The notes under the pieces are model-generated. The model did not search any database and was not told where the DNA came from. It worked only from the letters and a program-made list of their open reading frames with translations. From contig CANHIU010000003.1 of NCBI GenBank assembly GCA_947461195.1, positions 1,131 through 65,130 on the forward strand: 64,000 nt of DNA, given 5' to 3'. The position numbers and the translations under genes are program-made. Source of the DNA: Bradyrhizobiaceae bacterium. GTDB lineage: Bacteria > Pseudomonadota > Alphaproteobacteria > Rhizobiales > Aestuariivirgaceae. Below are positions 18,550 to 28,095 of the stretch, piece after piece (the stretch's first letter is position 1; each line of letters starts with the position of its first letter).

Positions 18550-20127
18550 TCAACCCGACACCATTCGCGGTGTCATCTCGATCAGCGTGGGGCATTTGGC
18601 CTTCAGTGCCTCGCCTATGGCATCAGCCAGGGCTTTCAGGCTTCCAGGCTTCGCGGACTGGCAGCCGTAGGCCTTTGCCAGCATCTGGAAGTCCGGGTTC
18701 TTCAGGGTCACTGCATTCGGCTGGATACCCTTCATCACCATGTCGTCGCGGATCTGACCCAGAGCGTCGTTGTTCCACATCAGGATGACGAGGGGCAGTT
18801 CGTGCTCGGCGGCCGTGCCCAGTTCATTCAGCGTGTATTGCAGGCCATAATCCCCGATCATCACGGCGACGGGCTGCGTGCCAACCCCGAACTTCGCGCC
18901 GATGCCGGCTGGCAACGCGAAACCCAGCGTGCCGAAGCCCACGGGATGAATCCATGTGCGCGGTACCGAGACGGGAAAGATCTCGTTCGCCGCATAGGCA
19001 ATCTGCGTCATGTCGGAGCAGATCACGGTTTCCGCCGGAAGAGCCTCGCGGATCACGCCCAGGACCTTGGCCAGAATGGCGCGCAGTGCATCGGGTTCAC
19101 CGAGGTCGAAGCTCGCACGGGCCTCGCCGCCCCGCTTCTTGATGCCTTGGGCGATGGCCTCCAGCGATTCCCGTGCATCCCCCAGTATCGCGATGTCCGC
19201 ACTGTGCGGACGGCTCATCACGGATGGGTCAATGTCGATCCGGATGAGGTTCTTGTCGATCACAACATCGTCATTCCAGAAGTCGGTCTCTGAAAGTTCC
19301 GATCCGGCGCAGAGGATCGCGTCGCTCTCACCGAACAACTGCCACACGCCCGCGCGCCCCATGACGTAGCCGAGGCAGAGCGGATGACCGGATGGAACGG
19401 CGCCCTTGCCGGCGGTTGTGGTGAGGATCGGCGCCTTCAGCCTCTCCGCAATGGCAAGTGCTGCCGCACCCGCATGAAGCGCGCCGCCGCCAAGGATGAT
19501 GAGCGGCTTCTGCGCGGCGTTGAGCTTGGCAATGGCCTCCTCGATCTGGCTTCGCGAGGGAGAGGCAATCCGGGGAAGGCCGCGCGGCTCCCAACCGCTG
19601 CCTGCAGGTTCCTTCAGCAGATCCAGCGGAATCTCGAGATAGGCGGGCCGCGGGCGCTGGCTGGAGAAATGGGCGAAGGCCCGGGCTACCGCGTCGCGGA
19701 CGTCCTTCGGCGTATAGGCCCGCATGTGCAGGCCTGTGACTGCCGCCGCCGCCCCGCGCTGGTCGATCATCTCGTGAAGCCGTCCGCGCCCTTGTGATGA
19801 ATCCCTGATGTCGAGGGTGGACGAGATCACCAGCACATTGCTGGAATCTGACCACGCCTGGCCCATGGGTGTCAGGATGTTGGTGAGGCCCGGCCCGGTA
19901 ATGGTGAAGCAAACGCCGGGCTTGCCGGTGGCGCGGGCATAGCCGTCCGCCATGAACCCCGCGCCCTGTTCGTGCCGCACCAGAACGTGCCGGATCTTCG
20001 AACGTGGCAAAGCCCGGTACATCTCGACGTTATGCACCCCGGGAATGCCGAAAATCGTATCGACGCCATAGGCTTCGAGAAGGCCGACGAGTGCTTCGCC
20101 GGTCGAGAGTTCCGCACGCTTGGACAT
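18550..20127 (-). CDS. ThDP-dependent decarboxylase, AruI (5-guanidino-2-oxopentanoate decarboxylase)-like
   Basis: FGIPGVHN, RHEQGAGFMADGYAR, GFGTLGFALP, GDYG..NN ThDP motif; starts 2 nt after the dppF stop. Confidence 0.85.
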   Translation of the reverse strand: MSKRAELSTGEALVGLLEAYGVDTIFGIPGVHNVEMYRALPRSKIRHVLVRHEQGAGFMADGYARATGKPGVCFTITGPGLTNILTPMGQAWSDSSNVLVISSTLDIRDSSQGRGRLHEMIDQRGAAAAVTGLHMRAYTPKDVRDAVARAFAHFSSQRPRPAYLEIPLDLLKEPAGSGWEPRGLPRIASPSRSQIEEAIAKLNAAQKPLIILGGGALHAGAAALAIAERLKAPILTTTAGKGAVPSGHPLCLGYVMGRAGVWQLFGESDAILCAGSELSETDFWNDDVVIDKNLIRIDIDPSVMSRPHSADIAILGDARESLEAIAQGIKKRGGEARASFDLGEPDALRAILAKVLGVIREALPAETVICSDMTQIAYAANEIFPVSVPRTWIHPVGFGTLGFALPAGIGAKFGVGTQPVAVMIGDYGLQYTLNELGTAAEHELPLVILMWNNDALGQIRDDMVMKGIQPNAVTLKNPDFQMLAKAYGCQSAKPGSLKALADAIGEALKAKCPTLIEMTPRMVSG

Positions 20128-20129
20128 TT

Positions 20130-21116
20130 TCAGGCCGCTTTCGTTTCCGCTTCGGGAGGGTTTACCGCATGACATGCCACGAGGCTTCCCTCATGTTCAA
20201 GCAAGGCGGGGTTGATGGCCGGGCAGGGTGCGAAGCACGACGGGCAGCGCGGATGGAAGGTGCATCCCGTGGGCGGATTGATCGGCGATGGCATCTCGCC
20301 GCTGAGCACGATCCGGTCACGTTTGCGCGTGGGATCTGGCTGAGGCGTGGCCGAGAGCAAGGCCTTCGTATAAGGATGCTGTGGATTGCGGAATATGCTG
20401 TCACGCGGGCCCTGCTCCACTGCGCGGCCAAGATACATGACCATCACATCATCAGCGATATGGCGCACCACCGACAGGTCGTGACTGATGAAGAGATAGG
20501 CAAGGTTGTGCCTTTCCTGCAGCTCCGCCAGCAGGTTCAGAACCTGCGCCTGGATCGAAACGTCGAGCGCCGATACGGGCTCGTCAAGCACCAGGACGTC
20601 GGGATCCAGCATCAGGGCGCGCGCGATGGCGATGCGCTGGCGCTGCCCGCCGGAAAACATGTGGGGGTAGCGGTCGAAGTGTTCAGGCCTCAGGCCCACA
20701 CTCGCCATCATGGCGCGTGCCTTCTCGCTGCGCTCGCCCGCGCTCAGCCTGGTATTCACGAGCAGCGGTTCTTCCAGCGCATGACCGATCTTCTGGCGCG
20801 GATTGAGCGAGCCATACGGGTTCTGAAACACGATCTGCACCTTGGGCCTGAGTGCCTTCAGCGCTGCGGTGGATGCGCCCACGATGTCCTGTCCCGCGAT
20901 CACAAGCGATCCTGACGTCGGCGCCTCGATCATGGTGACGAGGCGGGCAAGGGTGGACTTGCCACAGCCCGATTCACCCACAACCGCCAGCGTCTTGCCG
21001 CGCTCGAGCGTGAAGCTCGCGCCGTCGAGTGCCTTGAGCGTGGCAGGCCTTGCGAAGACGCCGCGCCCGACGCTGTAGTAGCGGGTGAGGCCCGTGGCGG
21101 ATACGACGATGCTCAT
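20130..21116 (-). CDS. dppF: Dipeptide ABC transporter ATPase DppF
   Basis: GESGCGKS, FSGGQRQR, LDEP, HPYTKALL, FHPRC. Confidence 0.92.
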   Translation of the reverse strand: MSIVVSATGLTRYYSVGRGVFARPATLKALDGASFTLERGKTLAVVGESGCGKSTLARLVTMIEAPTSGSLVIAGQDIVGASTAALKALRPKVQIVFQNPYGSLNPRQKIGHALEEPLLVNTRLSAGERSEKARAMMASVGLRPEHFDRYPHMFSGGQRQRIAIARALMLDPDVLVLDEPVSALDVSIQAQVLNLLAELQERHNLAYLFISHDLSVVRHIADDVMVMYLGRAVEQGPRDSIFRNPQHPYTKALLSATPQPDPTRKRDRIVLSGEMPSPINPPTGCTFHPRCPSCFAPCPAINPALLEHEGSLVACHAVNPPEAETKAA

Positions 21117-22102
21117 GCTGCCTGTTCCTTCGCCTGCGGGTGGCCGCGGGGAACTCCGTCCCTCAAAGCGTAATGGCAAAGTGCACCGTCGATCCGCGGT
21201 GGCTTCGTGGTGCGGCAGCGTTCAGTGGAGAGCGGGCAGCGCGGGGAGAACAAGCAGCCCGAGGGCCTGTCGAACTGGCCGGGCACGACGCCGGGAATGG
21301 ACGGCAGCTGCCGCCCGGCGGCCCGCTCGGGAAGGGCAGAGAGCAGGGCGGCGGTATAGGGGTGGTGAGGATCACGGAAGAGGTCTTCTACCTTCTGCTC
21401 CTCCACCTTCTGTCCTGCGTACTGGACGGAGACTCTGTCTGCGGTCTCGGCGACGACCCCCATCGAGTGCGTGATGAGCACGAGGCCCATTCCTGTCTCG
21501 TCCTGCAGCTTGACCAGAAGTTCAAGAATCTGCGCCTGGATCGTCACATCGAGGGCAGTTGTCGGCTCATCTGCGATCAGCAGCTTGGGATTGCAGGCGA
21601 TCGCCATGGCGATCATCACGCGCTGGTTCATGCCGCCTGAAAGCTGGTGTGGAAATGCGGAGAGCCGCTGCTCCGGCGACGGGATGCCGACGAGCTGCAG
21701 AAGTTCGACGGCGCGCCTGCGCCTGTGCGCCTTGTTCATGTCGAGGTGGGCCTTCAAGGCTTCCATCAGCTGAAAGCCCACCGTGAAGCAGGGGTTGAGG
21801 CTCGACATCGGTTCCTGGAAGATCATCGCGATGTCCTTGCCGATGATCTTGCGCCGGTCGCGGGACGAAAGGTCCAGCAGGTTGCGGCCCGCGAAACTCA
21901 TCCTGTCCGCCGTCACCTTCGCAGTCCAGGGCAGCAGTCCCATGACAGCCAGCATGGATACGGACTTGCCCGATCCGGACTCCCCGACGATCGCCAGCAC
22001 TTCGCCCTTGTCCACGCTGAGCGACACGCCGTCAACCGCCCGGAAGAAGCCGGATGCCGTCCTGAACTCGACGGTGAGATTCTCGATTTCGAGCATCGCC
22101 AT
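21113..22102 (-). CDS. dppD: Dipeptide ABC transporter ATPase DppD
   Basis: [26 protein letters not shown]. Confidence 0.92.
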   Translation of the reverse strand: MAMLEIENLTVEFRTASGFFRAVDGVSLSVDKGEVLAIVGESGSGKSVSMLAVMGLLPWTAKVTADRMSFAGRNLLDLSSRDRRKIIGKDIAMIFQEPMSSLNPCFTVGFQLMEALKAHLDMNKAHRRRRAVELLQLVGIPSPEQRLSAFPHQLSGGMNQRVMIAMAIACNPKLLIADEPTTALDVTIQAQILELLVKLQDETGMGLVLITHSMGVVAETADRVSVQYAGQKVEEQKVEDLFRDPHHPYTAALLSALPERAAGRQLPSIPGVVPGQFDRPSGCLFSPRCPLSTERCRTTKPPRIDGALCHYALRDGVPRGHPQAKEQAA

Positions 22103-22107
22103 TGGGG

Positions 22108-23013
22108 TCAGCTTCTCCTCAGGCGCGGGTCGAGCGCGTCACGCAGACCATCGCCCATCAGGTTGATCGCGAGAACGGTGATGAGGATGGCAAGACCGGG
22201 CATCGTCACAACCCACCAGGCGCGCGTCACATATTCCCGAGAGTCCGCCAGCATGGTGCCCCACTCCGGTGTGGGCGGCTGTGCGCCCATGCCGAGAAAC
22301 CCGAGCGCCGCTGCATCAAGGATGGCGCTGGAAAAGGACAGTGCAGCCTGCACGATCAGCGGTGCCATGCAGTTGGGCAGTATCGTGCGGAACATCATCC
22401 TGAGCCGGCCCACCCCTGAGACCCTTGCAGCCGTAACGTAGTCCTTGCTCATCTCGCTCATGACGGCGGCCCGCGTCAGCCGCACATAGTGCGGCTGCTG
22501 GATGAGGGCGATGGCGATCATGGCGTTGGTGAGGCTGGGTCCGAGCATTGCCACCAGCACCAGTGCCAGCAACAGGCTCGGGAAGGACATCAGCACATCC
22601 ATGACCCGCATCACCGCATTGTCGAAGGCGCCGCGGAGAAAACCCGTCAGTAGTCCGAGCGTCACCCCGAGCAGCAGCGAGATCGTCACCACGATGACGC
22701 CAATGAACAACGAGTACCTGCTGCCGTAGATCAGCCGCGAAAGAATGTCGCGGCCGACCGGGTCGGTGCCGAGAATGAAGCGCCAGTCTCCTCCCTCCTG
22801 CCAGACCGGAGGTGTCAGGAAGGAATCGCGGTACTGTTCATGCGGTGCGTGCGGGGCCACCACATCCGCAAAGACAGCGAGCAGCACAACGAAGAGGAAG
22901 ACCGCAAGCCCGAGCACCGCCCCCCGGTTCTCACTGAAATGGCGCCAGAACTCGGCCAGCAGTGCCGGCCTGCCGGTCCCCGGCGAACTGGTTGTCATGT
23001 CGATCTCGCTCAT
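22108..23013 (-). CDS. dppC: Dipeptide ABC permease DppC
   Basis: LGTDPVGRDILSRL, EAA-loop AARVSG, PPTPEWG, GDGLRDALDP. Confidence 0.93.
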   Translation of the reverse strand: MSEIDMTTSSPGTGRPALLAEFWRHFSENRGAVLGLAVFLFVVLLAVFADVVAPHAPHEQYRDSFLTPPVWQEGGDWRFILGTDPVGRDILSRLIYGSRYSLFIGVIVVTISLLLGVTLGLLTGFLRGAFDNAVMRVMDVLMSFPSLLLALVLVAMLGPSLTNAMIAIALIQQPHYVRLTRAAVMSEMSKDYVTAARVSGVGRLRMMFRTILPNCMAPLIVQAALSFSSAILDAAALGFLGMGAQPPTPEWGTMLADSREYVTRAWWVVTMPGLAILITVLAINLMGDGLRDALDPRLRRS

Positions 23014-23017
23014 GCGC

Positions 23018-24028
23018 TCACGTCCTGTGCCGGATGCGTGGATCGGTGAGGCCGTAGAGCAGGTCCACGATCAGGTTCACCAGCATGACCACGGCGGCGA
23101 TCAGCAACAGGCCTCCCTGAACCACCGGATAGTCGCGGCGCGCGATTGAATCGATCATCCACTTTCCAATCCCCGGCCAGGAGAAGATCGTCTCGGTCAG
23201 GATGGCGCCGGCCAGCAGCACGCCGACCTGCAGCCCAATGGTGGTGATGACCGGGATCATGGCGTTGCGCAGGGCGTGGAGCCCCACCACCCGGAAGGGG
23301 GAAAGCCCCTTGGCGCGTGCCGTTCGCACATAGTCCTCGCCCAGCACCTCGAGCATGGCCGAGCGCGTTTGGCGCGCAATGACGGCCAGTGGAATGGTCC
23401 CGAGAACCACCGTCGGCAGGATCAGGTGCCGGACGGCTGAGGTGAAAGCCCCTTTCTGGCCGGAGATGAGACTGTCGATCAGCATGAAGCCCGTGACGGG
23501 CTTGAAGAAATAGACAAGGCCAATTCGCCCGGACACGGGCGTCCACTGCAGCGTCACCGAAAACAGGATGATGAGCAGCAGGCCCCACCAGAAGATCGGC
23601 ATCGAATAGCCGACCAGCGCGGTGCCCATGACCGTCTGGTCATAAACGCTGCCGCGCCGCACGGCGGCGATGACGCCGGCTGGAATGCCCAGCACGACCG
23701 CGAAAAGCATGGCCGCGAGCGAAAGCTCGACCGTCGCTGGAAACAGGGTGAGGAATTCCTGCAGCACCGGCATCTTGGTCTTCAGCGATACGCCGAGATC
23801 GCCATGAAGCAGGTCCCAGACATAGTGCAAGTACTGCTCCCAGACCGGCCGGTCGAAGCCGAATTGCTTCAGGAGTTCGGCATGGCGTTCAGGTGTCAGG
23901 GAGCGTTCGCCGGCCATCAGCACCACGGGATCCCCCGGCAGCAAGCGGATGAAGCCGAACGATACCAGCGTGATGCCGATCAGTGTCGGCACCAACAACA
24001 GGGCGCGCCAAAACAGGAACCGGATCAT
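23018..24028 (-). CDS. dppB: Dipeptide ABC permease DppB
   Basis: LLPGDP, FPATVELS, TARAKGL, RDYPVVQG. Confidence 0.93.
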   Translation of the reverse strand: MIRFLFWRALLLVPTLIGITLVSFGFIRLLPGDPVVLMAGERSLTPERHAELLKQFGFDRPVWEQYLHYVWDLLHGDLGVSLKTKMPVLQEFLTLFPATVELSLAAMLFAVVLGIPAGVIAAVRRGSVYDQTVMGTALVGYSMPIFWWGLLLIILFSVTLQWTPVSGRIGLVYFFKPVTGFMLIDSLISGQKGAFTSAVRHLILPTVVLGTIPLAVIARQTRSAMLEVLGEDYVRTARAKGLSPFRVVGLHALRNAMIPVITTIGLQVGVLLAGAILTETIFSWPGIGKWMIDSIARRDYPVVQGGLLLIAAVVMLVNLIVDLLYGLTDPRIRHRT

Positions 24029-24037
24029 GAGGAATGC

Positions 24038-24122
24038 GAGCGGCCCCTAGCGCAACGGGCCCTCAAGTGCCTTCGCACCTGAGGGCGAAAAGTTGCGCCA
24101 GCCATTAAATGCGGGGCCGCTC
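24038..24122 (-). other. Nested four-stem RNA hairpin in the dppA-dppB spacer
   Basis: P1 24038-47/24113-22 (10 bp), P2 24050-56/24092-98, P3 24059-65/24080-86, P4 24067-70/24075-78; all perfect pairs. Confidence 0.7.
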
Positions 24123-24133
24123 ATCATCTCTTG

Positions 24134-25732
24134 TTATTCGGCGATGTCCACGCCATCGAAGCGATGCGACCCCAGAGGGTCCATCTTGTAATTCATGACC
24201 TTCTTGCTCATCGGCATGAAGACCACGGAATGGGCGATCGTGGCCCAGGGCGCCTGCTCCTTGAAGACCTTCTGGGCTTCCATGTACACGGGCGTGCGCT
24301 CTTCGTTCGTCGGCAGCACCTTGGCCTTCTGGATCAGGTCCTCGAAGGGCTGGTGGCACCACTGGGCGCGGTTCGAGCCGCCGACCGCCGAGCAGCCCAG
24401 CAGAACGGCGAGGAAGTTGTCCGGATCGCCATTGTCGCCGGTCCAGCCGAGAAGAAGCGCGCCGTCACGGTCCTTGGCCTTCGAGCGCTCGAGATATTCG
24501 CCCCACTCATAGGATACGATCTCCGCCTCGACGCCGACCTTGGCGAAGTCGGCCTGGATGAGTTCGGCCATCTTGCGCGCATCCGGATTGTAGGGACGCT
24601 GCACGGGCATGGCCCAGATCTTCATCTTGAGGCCCGAAACGCCGGCATCAGCAAGCATCTTCTTGGCGGCTTCCGGATCATAGGGATCGTCCACCGTGTC
24701 GTTATTGTAGGACCACATGGTTGGCGGGATCGGGTTCTTCGCTGCCGTGCCCGCGCCCTGGAAAACGGCATCGAGAATGGCCTGCTTGTTGATCGCCATA
24801 TTGAGCGCCTTGCGCACCTCTACCTTGTCGAAGGGCGCCACCAGCGTGTTGTAGGCAAGATAACCGACGTTCAGGCCTTCCTGCTCCATGACGGTGAGGT
24901 TCGGGTCAGCCTTGAGGCTGGCGGTCTCCGCCGGGGGCGGATAGGGGGCCACATGGCACTCGCCTGCCTTCAGCTTCTGCATGCGCACCGATGCGTCTGT
25001 GGTGATGGCGAAGATCAGATCGTCGATCGGCTGCTTGCCGCCCCAGAAATCCGGGTGCGCGGCATAGCGGATCACGGCGTCCTTCTGGTAGTCGACGAAC
25101 AGGAAGGGTCCGGTGCCGATGGGCTGCTGGTTGATCATCTCCTTCTTGCCGTCAGCCTCGAGCTTGGCGGCATATTCCGCAGAGAGAATCGAAGCGAAAT
25201 CCATCGCCATGTTGGCCAGGAACGGGGCTTCGGGGCGGTTCAGCTTGAAGGTGATGGTATGATCGTCAACCTTCACGATGTCCTTGAGCAGGGCCGGCAT
25301 GTCCATGCCGTCGAAGTACTCCCAGGCGATCCCCGCCGAGTACTGGTTCCATGGATGGTCCTTCTTCAGCTGCCGCATGAAGGAGAAGATCACGTCATCG
25401 GCGTTGAACTCACGCGTGGGCGTGAAAAAGGACGTGGTATGGAATTTCACGCCCTTGCGCAGCTTGAAGGTGATTTCGGTGCCGTCGGCCGAAACCTCCC
25501 AGCTTTCCGCAAGGCCCGGAATGATGTTCGTGGTCCCCCGGTCAAACTCGACAAGCCGGTTGTAGATCGGCCGTGAAGAGGCGTTGAACGTCGTCCCGGC
25601 AGTGTAAGGCGCCGGATCGAAGCCCTCGGGCGAGCCTTCCGAGCAATAGACGAGCGTCTTTGCGTTTGCCGCACCTGCCACCAGCATGCTCGAGGCCAGC
25701 AGCGCCGCCCCAAGAAGTTTCCTCATTGTCAT
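24134..25732 (-). CDS. dppA: Dipeptide-binding periplasmic protein DppA
   Basis: KTLVYCSEGSPEGFDP, PIGTGPF, GWTGDNGDPDNF; ATG 25732 with GGAG SD. Confidence 0.93.
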   Translation of the reverse strand: MTMRKLLGAALLASSMLVAGAANAKTLVYCSEGSPEGFDPAPYTAGTTFNASSRPIYNRLVEFDRGTTNIIPGLAESWEVSADGTEITFKLRKGVKFHTTSFFTPTREFNADDVIFSFMRQLKKDHPWNQYSAGIAWEYFDGMDMPALLKDIVKVDDHTITFKLNRPEAPFLANMAMDFASILSAEYAAKLEADGKKEMINQQPIGTGPFLFVDYQKDAVIRYAAHPDFWGGKQPIDDLIFAITTDASVRMQKLKAGECHVAPYPPPAETASLKADPNLTVMEQEGLNVGYLAYNTLVAPFDKVEVRKALNMAINKQAILDAVFQGAGTAAKNPIPPTMWSYNNDTVDDPYDPEAAKKMLADAGVSGLKMKIWAMPVQRPYNPDARKMAELIQADFAKVGVEAEIVSYEWGEYLERSKAKDRDGALLLGWTGDNGDPDNFLAVLLGCSAVGGSNRAQWCHQPFEDLIQKAKVLPTNEERTPVYMEAQKVFKEQAPWATIAHSVVFMPMSKKVMNYKMDPLGSHRFDGVDIAE

Positions 25733-25878
25733 GACTTTCTCCGTATTGTTGCGACCCCACCCCTGGGGCATGTGAACTAAAGCACGTTTCTCGGTTCGAT
25801 CATAACGCGCAGTTCTGCTCTTCGGAGGTTGCCGCACGAATGACGAGAAACGCCAGTCAGTCTCCGCGAAGGGCGGCG

Positions 25879-26841
25879 CTATCCGCGCCTCCGCGCCACG
25901 TCCTCCGCCATTGAGCACAGGATCTCGAACATCATGGTGACACCCGCATGTGCGGTGATGCCGGAGGAGTCGAATGGCGGCGAAACCTCCACCACGTCTG
26001 CGCCGACAATGTTAAGGCCGCGCAACTCGCGAAGCAACTGCTGGGCCTGGAATGTTGTGAAGCCACCCACTTCCGGCGTGCCCGTTCCTGGGGCATAGAC
26101 GGGGTCAAGCATGTCGATGTCGAAGCTCACATAGGTGGGACCATCGCCCACGATTTTCCGGGCTTCTGCCATGATGGCCTGCGGGCCCTTCTCCATCGCC
26201 TCCTCGATGCGCACGAGACGCACGCCCATCTTCTCGCCCCACTCGAAGTCGTCGAGGTCGTACATGGAGCCGCGAAGCCCGATCTGTATCGTCCGCTTGG
26301 GGTCGAGCACGCCCTCCTCGATCGCGCGGCGGAAAGGTGTTCCGTGGGTGTATTTGAAGCCGCCGAAATAGCCGTCGTAGAGATCGGTATGGGCGTCGAA
26401 GTGGATCATGCCCACCGGCTTCTTCTCGCCCACCGCGCGCAGCACGGGCAGCGAGCAGAGGTGGTCGCCGCCCGCTGACAGCGGGCGGATTCCCATGCCC
26501 ACGAGCTTCTTGAAATAGGTCTCCACCCGCTTCAGCGCGTCATCGACATTGGCCGGGTTCACCGGGCAATCGCCAAGGTCGGCCACATTGGCGAGATCGT
26601 AGGGCACGGTCCTCATCGTCTGGTGCATGGGCCTGATCATCGCCGACATGTCACGCATCTGGCGCGGGGCATGGCGCGGGCCTGGGCGGTTCGTTGTGCC
26701 GCCATCCCACGGAATGCCGACGAGCCCGATGTCGATACCTTTTGCCTCATCGAGTGGCACGTGCGGGAGCCGCATGAAGGTGGCGATGCCGCCGAAGCGT
26801 GGCGTCACCAGCCCCGACACCGGTTTGTTGAAAGGAGCCAT
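25879..26841 (-). CDS. speB: Ureohydrolase (agmatinase / guanidinobutyrase GbuA-like)
   Basis: PRFGGIATFMRLP, GGDH, DAHTD, HGTPF, SFDIDxLDP, VEVSPPFD; exact substrate uncertain. Confidence 0.85.
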   Translation of the reverse strand: MAPFNKPVSGLVTPRFGGIATFMRLPHVPLDEAKGIDIGLVGIPWDGGTTNRPGPRHAPRQMRDMSAMIRPMHQTMRTVPYDLANVADLGDCPVNPANVDDALKRVETYFKKLVGMGIRPLSAGGDHLCSLPVLRAVGEKKPVGMIHFDAHTDLYDGYFGGFKYTHGTPFRRAIEEGVLDPKRTIQIGLRGSMYDLDDFEWGEKMGVRLVRIEEAMEKGPQAIMAEARKIVGDGPTYVSFDIDMLDPVYAPGTGTPEVGGFTTFQAQQLLRELRGLNIVGADVVEVSPPFDSSGITAHAGVTMMFEILCSMAEDVARRRG

Positions 26842-26849
26842 GATCTACC

Positions 26850-28031
26850 TCAGTTCTTGATAACGAGCTTGCGCGGCGTTTTGCACAGGCACTCGACGCC
26901 GTTTGATGTGATGAGAATTGTTTCAGACAGCTCGAGACCGCCGTCATCAAGCCACAGGGCCGGCATGAAATGCAGCGTCATGTTGGGTTCGAGCACCGTT
27001 GTGTCGCCGCGGCGGATCGACAGTGTACGCTCGCCCCAGTCCGGCGGATAAGAAAGTCCGATCGAATAGCCAGCGCGCGAATCCTTGCTGAAACCGCGCT
27101 TTTGCAGCGTGCCGAAGAAGGCCTCCGCCACTTCGCCGCAGGTAATGCCCGGCCGGCATTTCGCGAGGCCTGCCTCGGTTGCCTCCAGAACCGCACTCTC
27201 GGCATCGAGGAATTTCTGCGGTGGCTTGCCGAGATAGACCGTGCGCGAGAGTGGCGCATGATAACGGCGGTAGCAGCCACCGAGTTCGAAGAAGGTGCCC
27301 TCGCCGTTGTTGAAGGGCCGGTCGTCCCAGGTAAGGTGGGGCGCGGTGGCATCGACCCCTGACGGCAGCATCGGCACGAAGGCGCAGTAATCGCCCCAGT
27401 GCCCGCCCGCCCCAAGGAACGCCTGTTTCTGGATTTCGGCGACCAGCACATTCTTGGGAAGGCCGGGTTCCACCAGTTCGATGACCTTGGCGTGCATGGC
27501 GTCCACGATGGCGGCGGCGCGGCGGATGAACTCCACCTCATGCTCGCTCTTTACCATGCGCTGCCAGTTGACGAGGCCCGTCGAGTCCGAAAACCGCGCC
27601 TCGCGCAAATGGGTGCGGAGCGTGTCGTTCGCAGCCGCCGAGAACCAGTAGTTGTCCATCTCGACGCCAATCCGCGCCGCCTGCCAGCCGCGCGCCGCGA
27701 TCACGCCAGAGAGCTGCTCCATCGGATGCTTCAGCGGGTTCTGCACGTAAGTGTCGTCATAGCCCACGATGTTGTCGTGGTGCATGAAGACCGTGCGTTT
27801 GGCGCCCTGCGCATCCATGCCGCGACCCCACCAGAGCGGTTCTCCCTCGAGTCCCAGCAGCACGGCCTGGTGCACATAAAAGGACCAGCCGTCATATCCG
27901 GTGAGCCAGGACATGTTCGAGGGATCCGACACGATGATGAGATCCAGCCCCCTGGCCGCCATGGCCTTGCGCGTGAGGGCGATGCGGCGGTGGTATTCCG
28001 CGAGGGGGAAGTGGAGGGTCACATTCGTCAT
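26850..28031 (-). CDS. M24-family hydrolase, ectoine hydrolase DoeA/EutD-like
   Basis: SDPSNMSWLTGYDGWSFYVHQ, APHLTWDD, SRTVYLG, GLSYPPDWGERT. Confidence 0.85.
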   Translation of the reverse strand: MTNVTLHFPLAEYHRRIALTRKAMAARGLDLIIVSDPSNMSWLTGYDGWSFYVHQAVLLGLEGEPLWWGRGMDAQGAKRTVFMHHDNIVGYDDTYVQNPLKHPMEQLSGVIAARGWQAARIGVEMDNYWFSAAANDTLRTHLREARFSDSTGLVNWQRMVKSEHEVEFIRRAAAIVDAMHAKVIELVEPGLPKNVLVAEIQKQAFLGAGGHWGDYCAFVPMLPSGVDATAPHLTWDDRPFNNGEGTFFELGGCYRRYHAPLSRTVYLGKPPQKFLDAESAVLEATEAGLAKCRPGITCGEVAEAFFGTLQKRGFSKDSRAGYSIGLSYPPDWGERTLSIRRGDTTVLEPNMTLHFMPALWLDDGGLELSETILITSNGVECLCKTPRKLVIKN

Positions 28032-28038
28032 GGGCCAC

Positions 28039-28090
28039 ATGATGGAACGGCGGGATGATCTTGCGCAAGGGCCAGCGCCCCGCTTATCTG
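28039..28090. promoter_or_regulatory. Putative back-to-back sigma70 promoters sharing the palindromic -35 CTTGCGCAAG
   Basis: TTGCGC-N18-TATCTG on + and TTGCGC-N18-CATCAT on -; both ATGs lie 5-7 nt beyond the -10 and neither has an SD. Confidence 0.4.
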
Positions 28091-28095
28091 GTGCC

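Noticed and set aside
25785-25852. 9-bp inverted repeat CGTTTCTCG/CGAGAAACG upstream of dppA
   Set aside because: 50-nt spacer with no further supporting stems; compatible with chance
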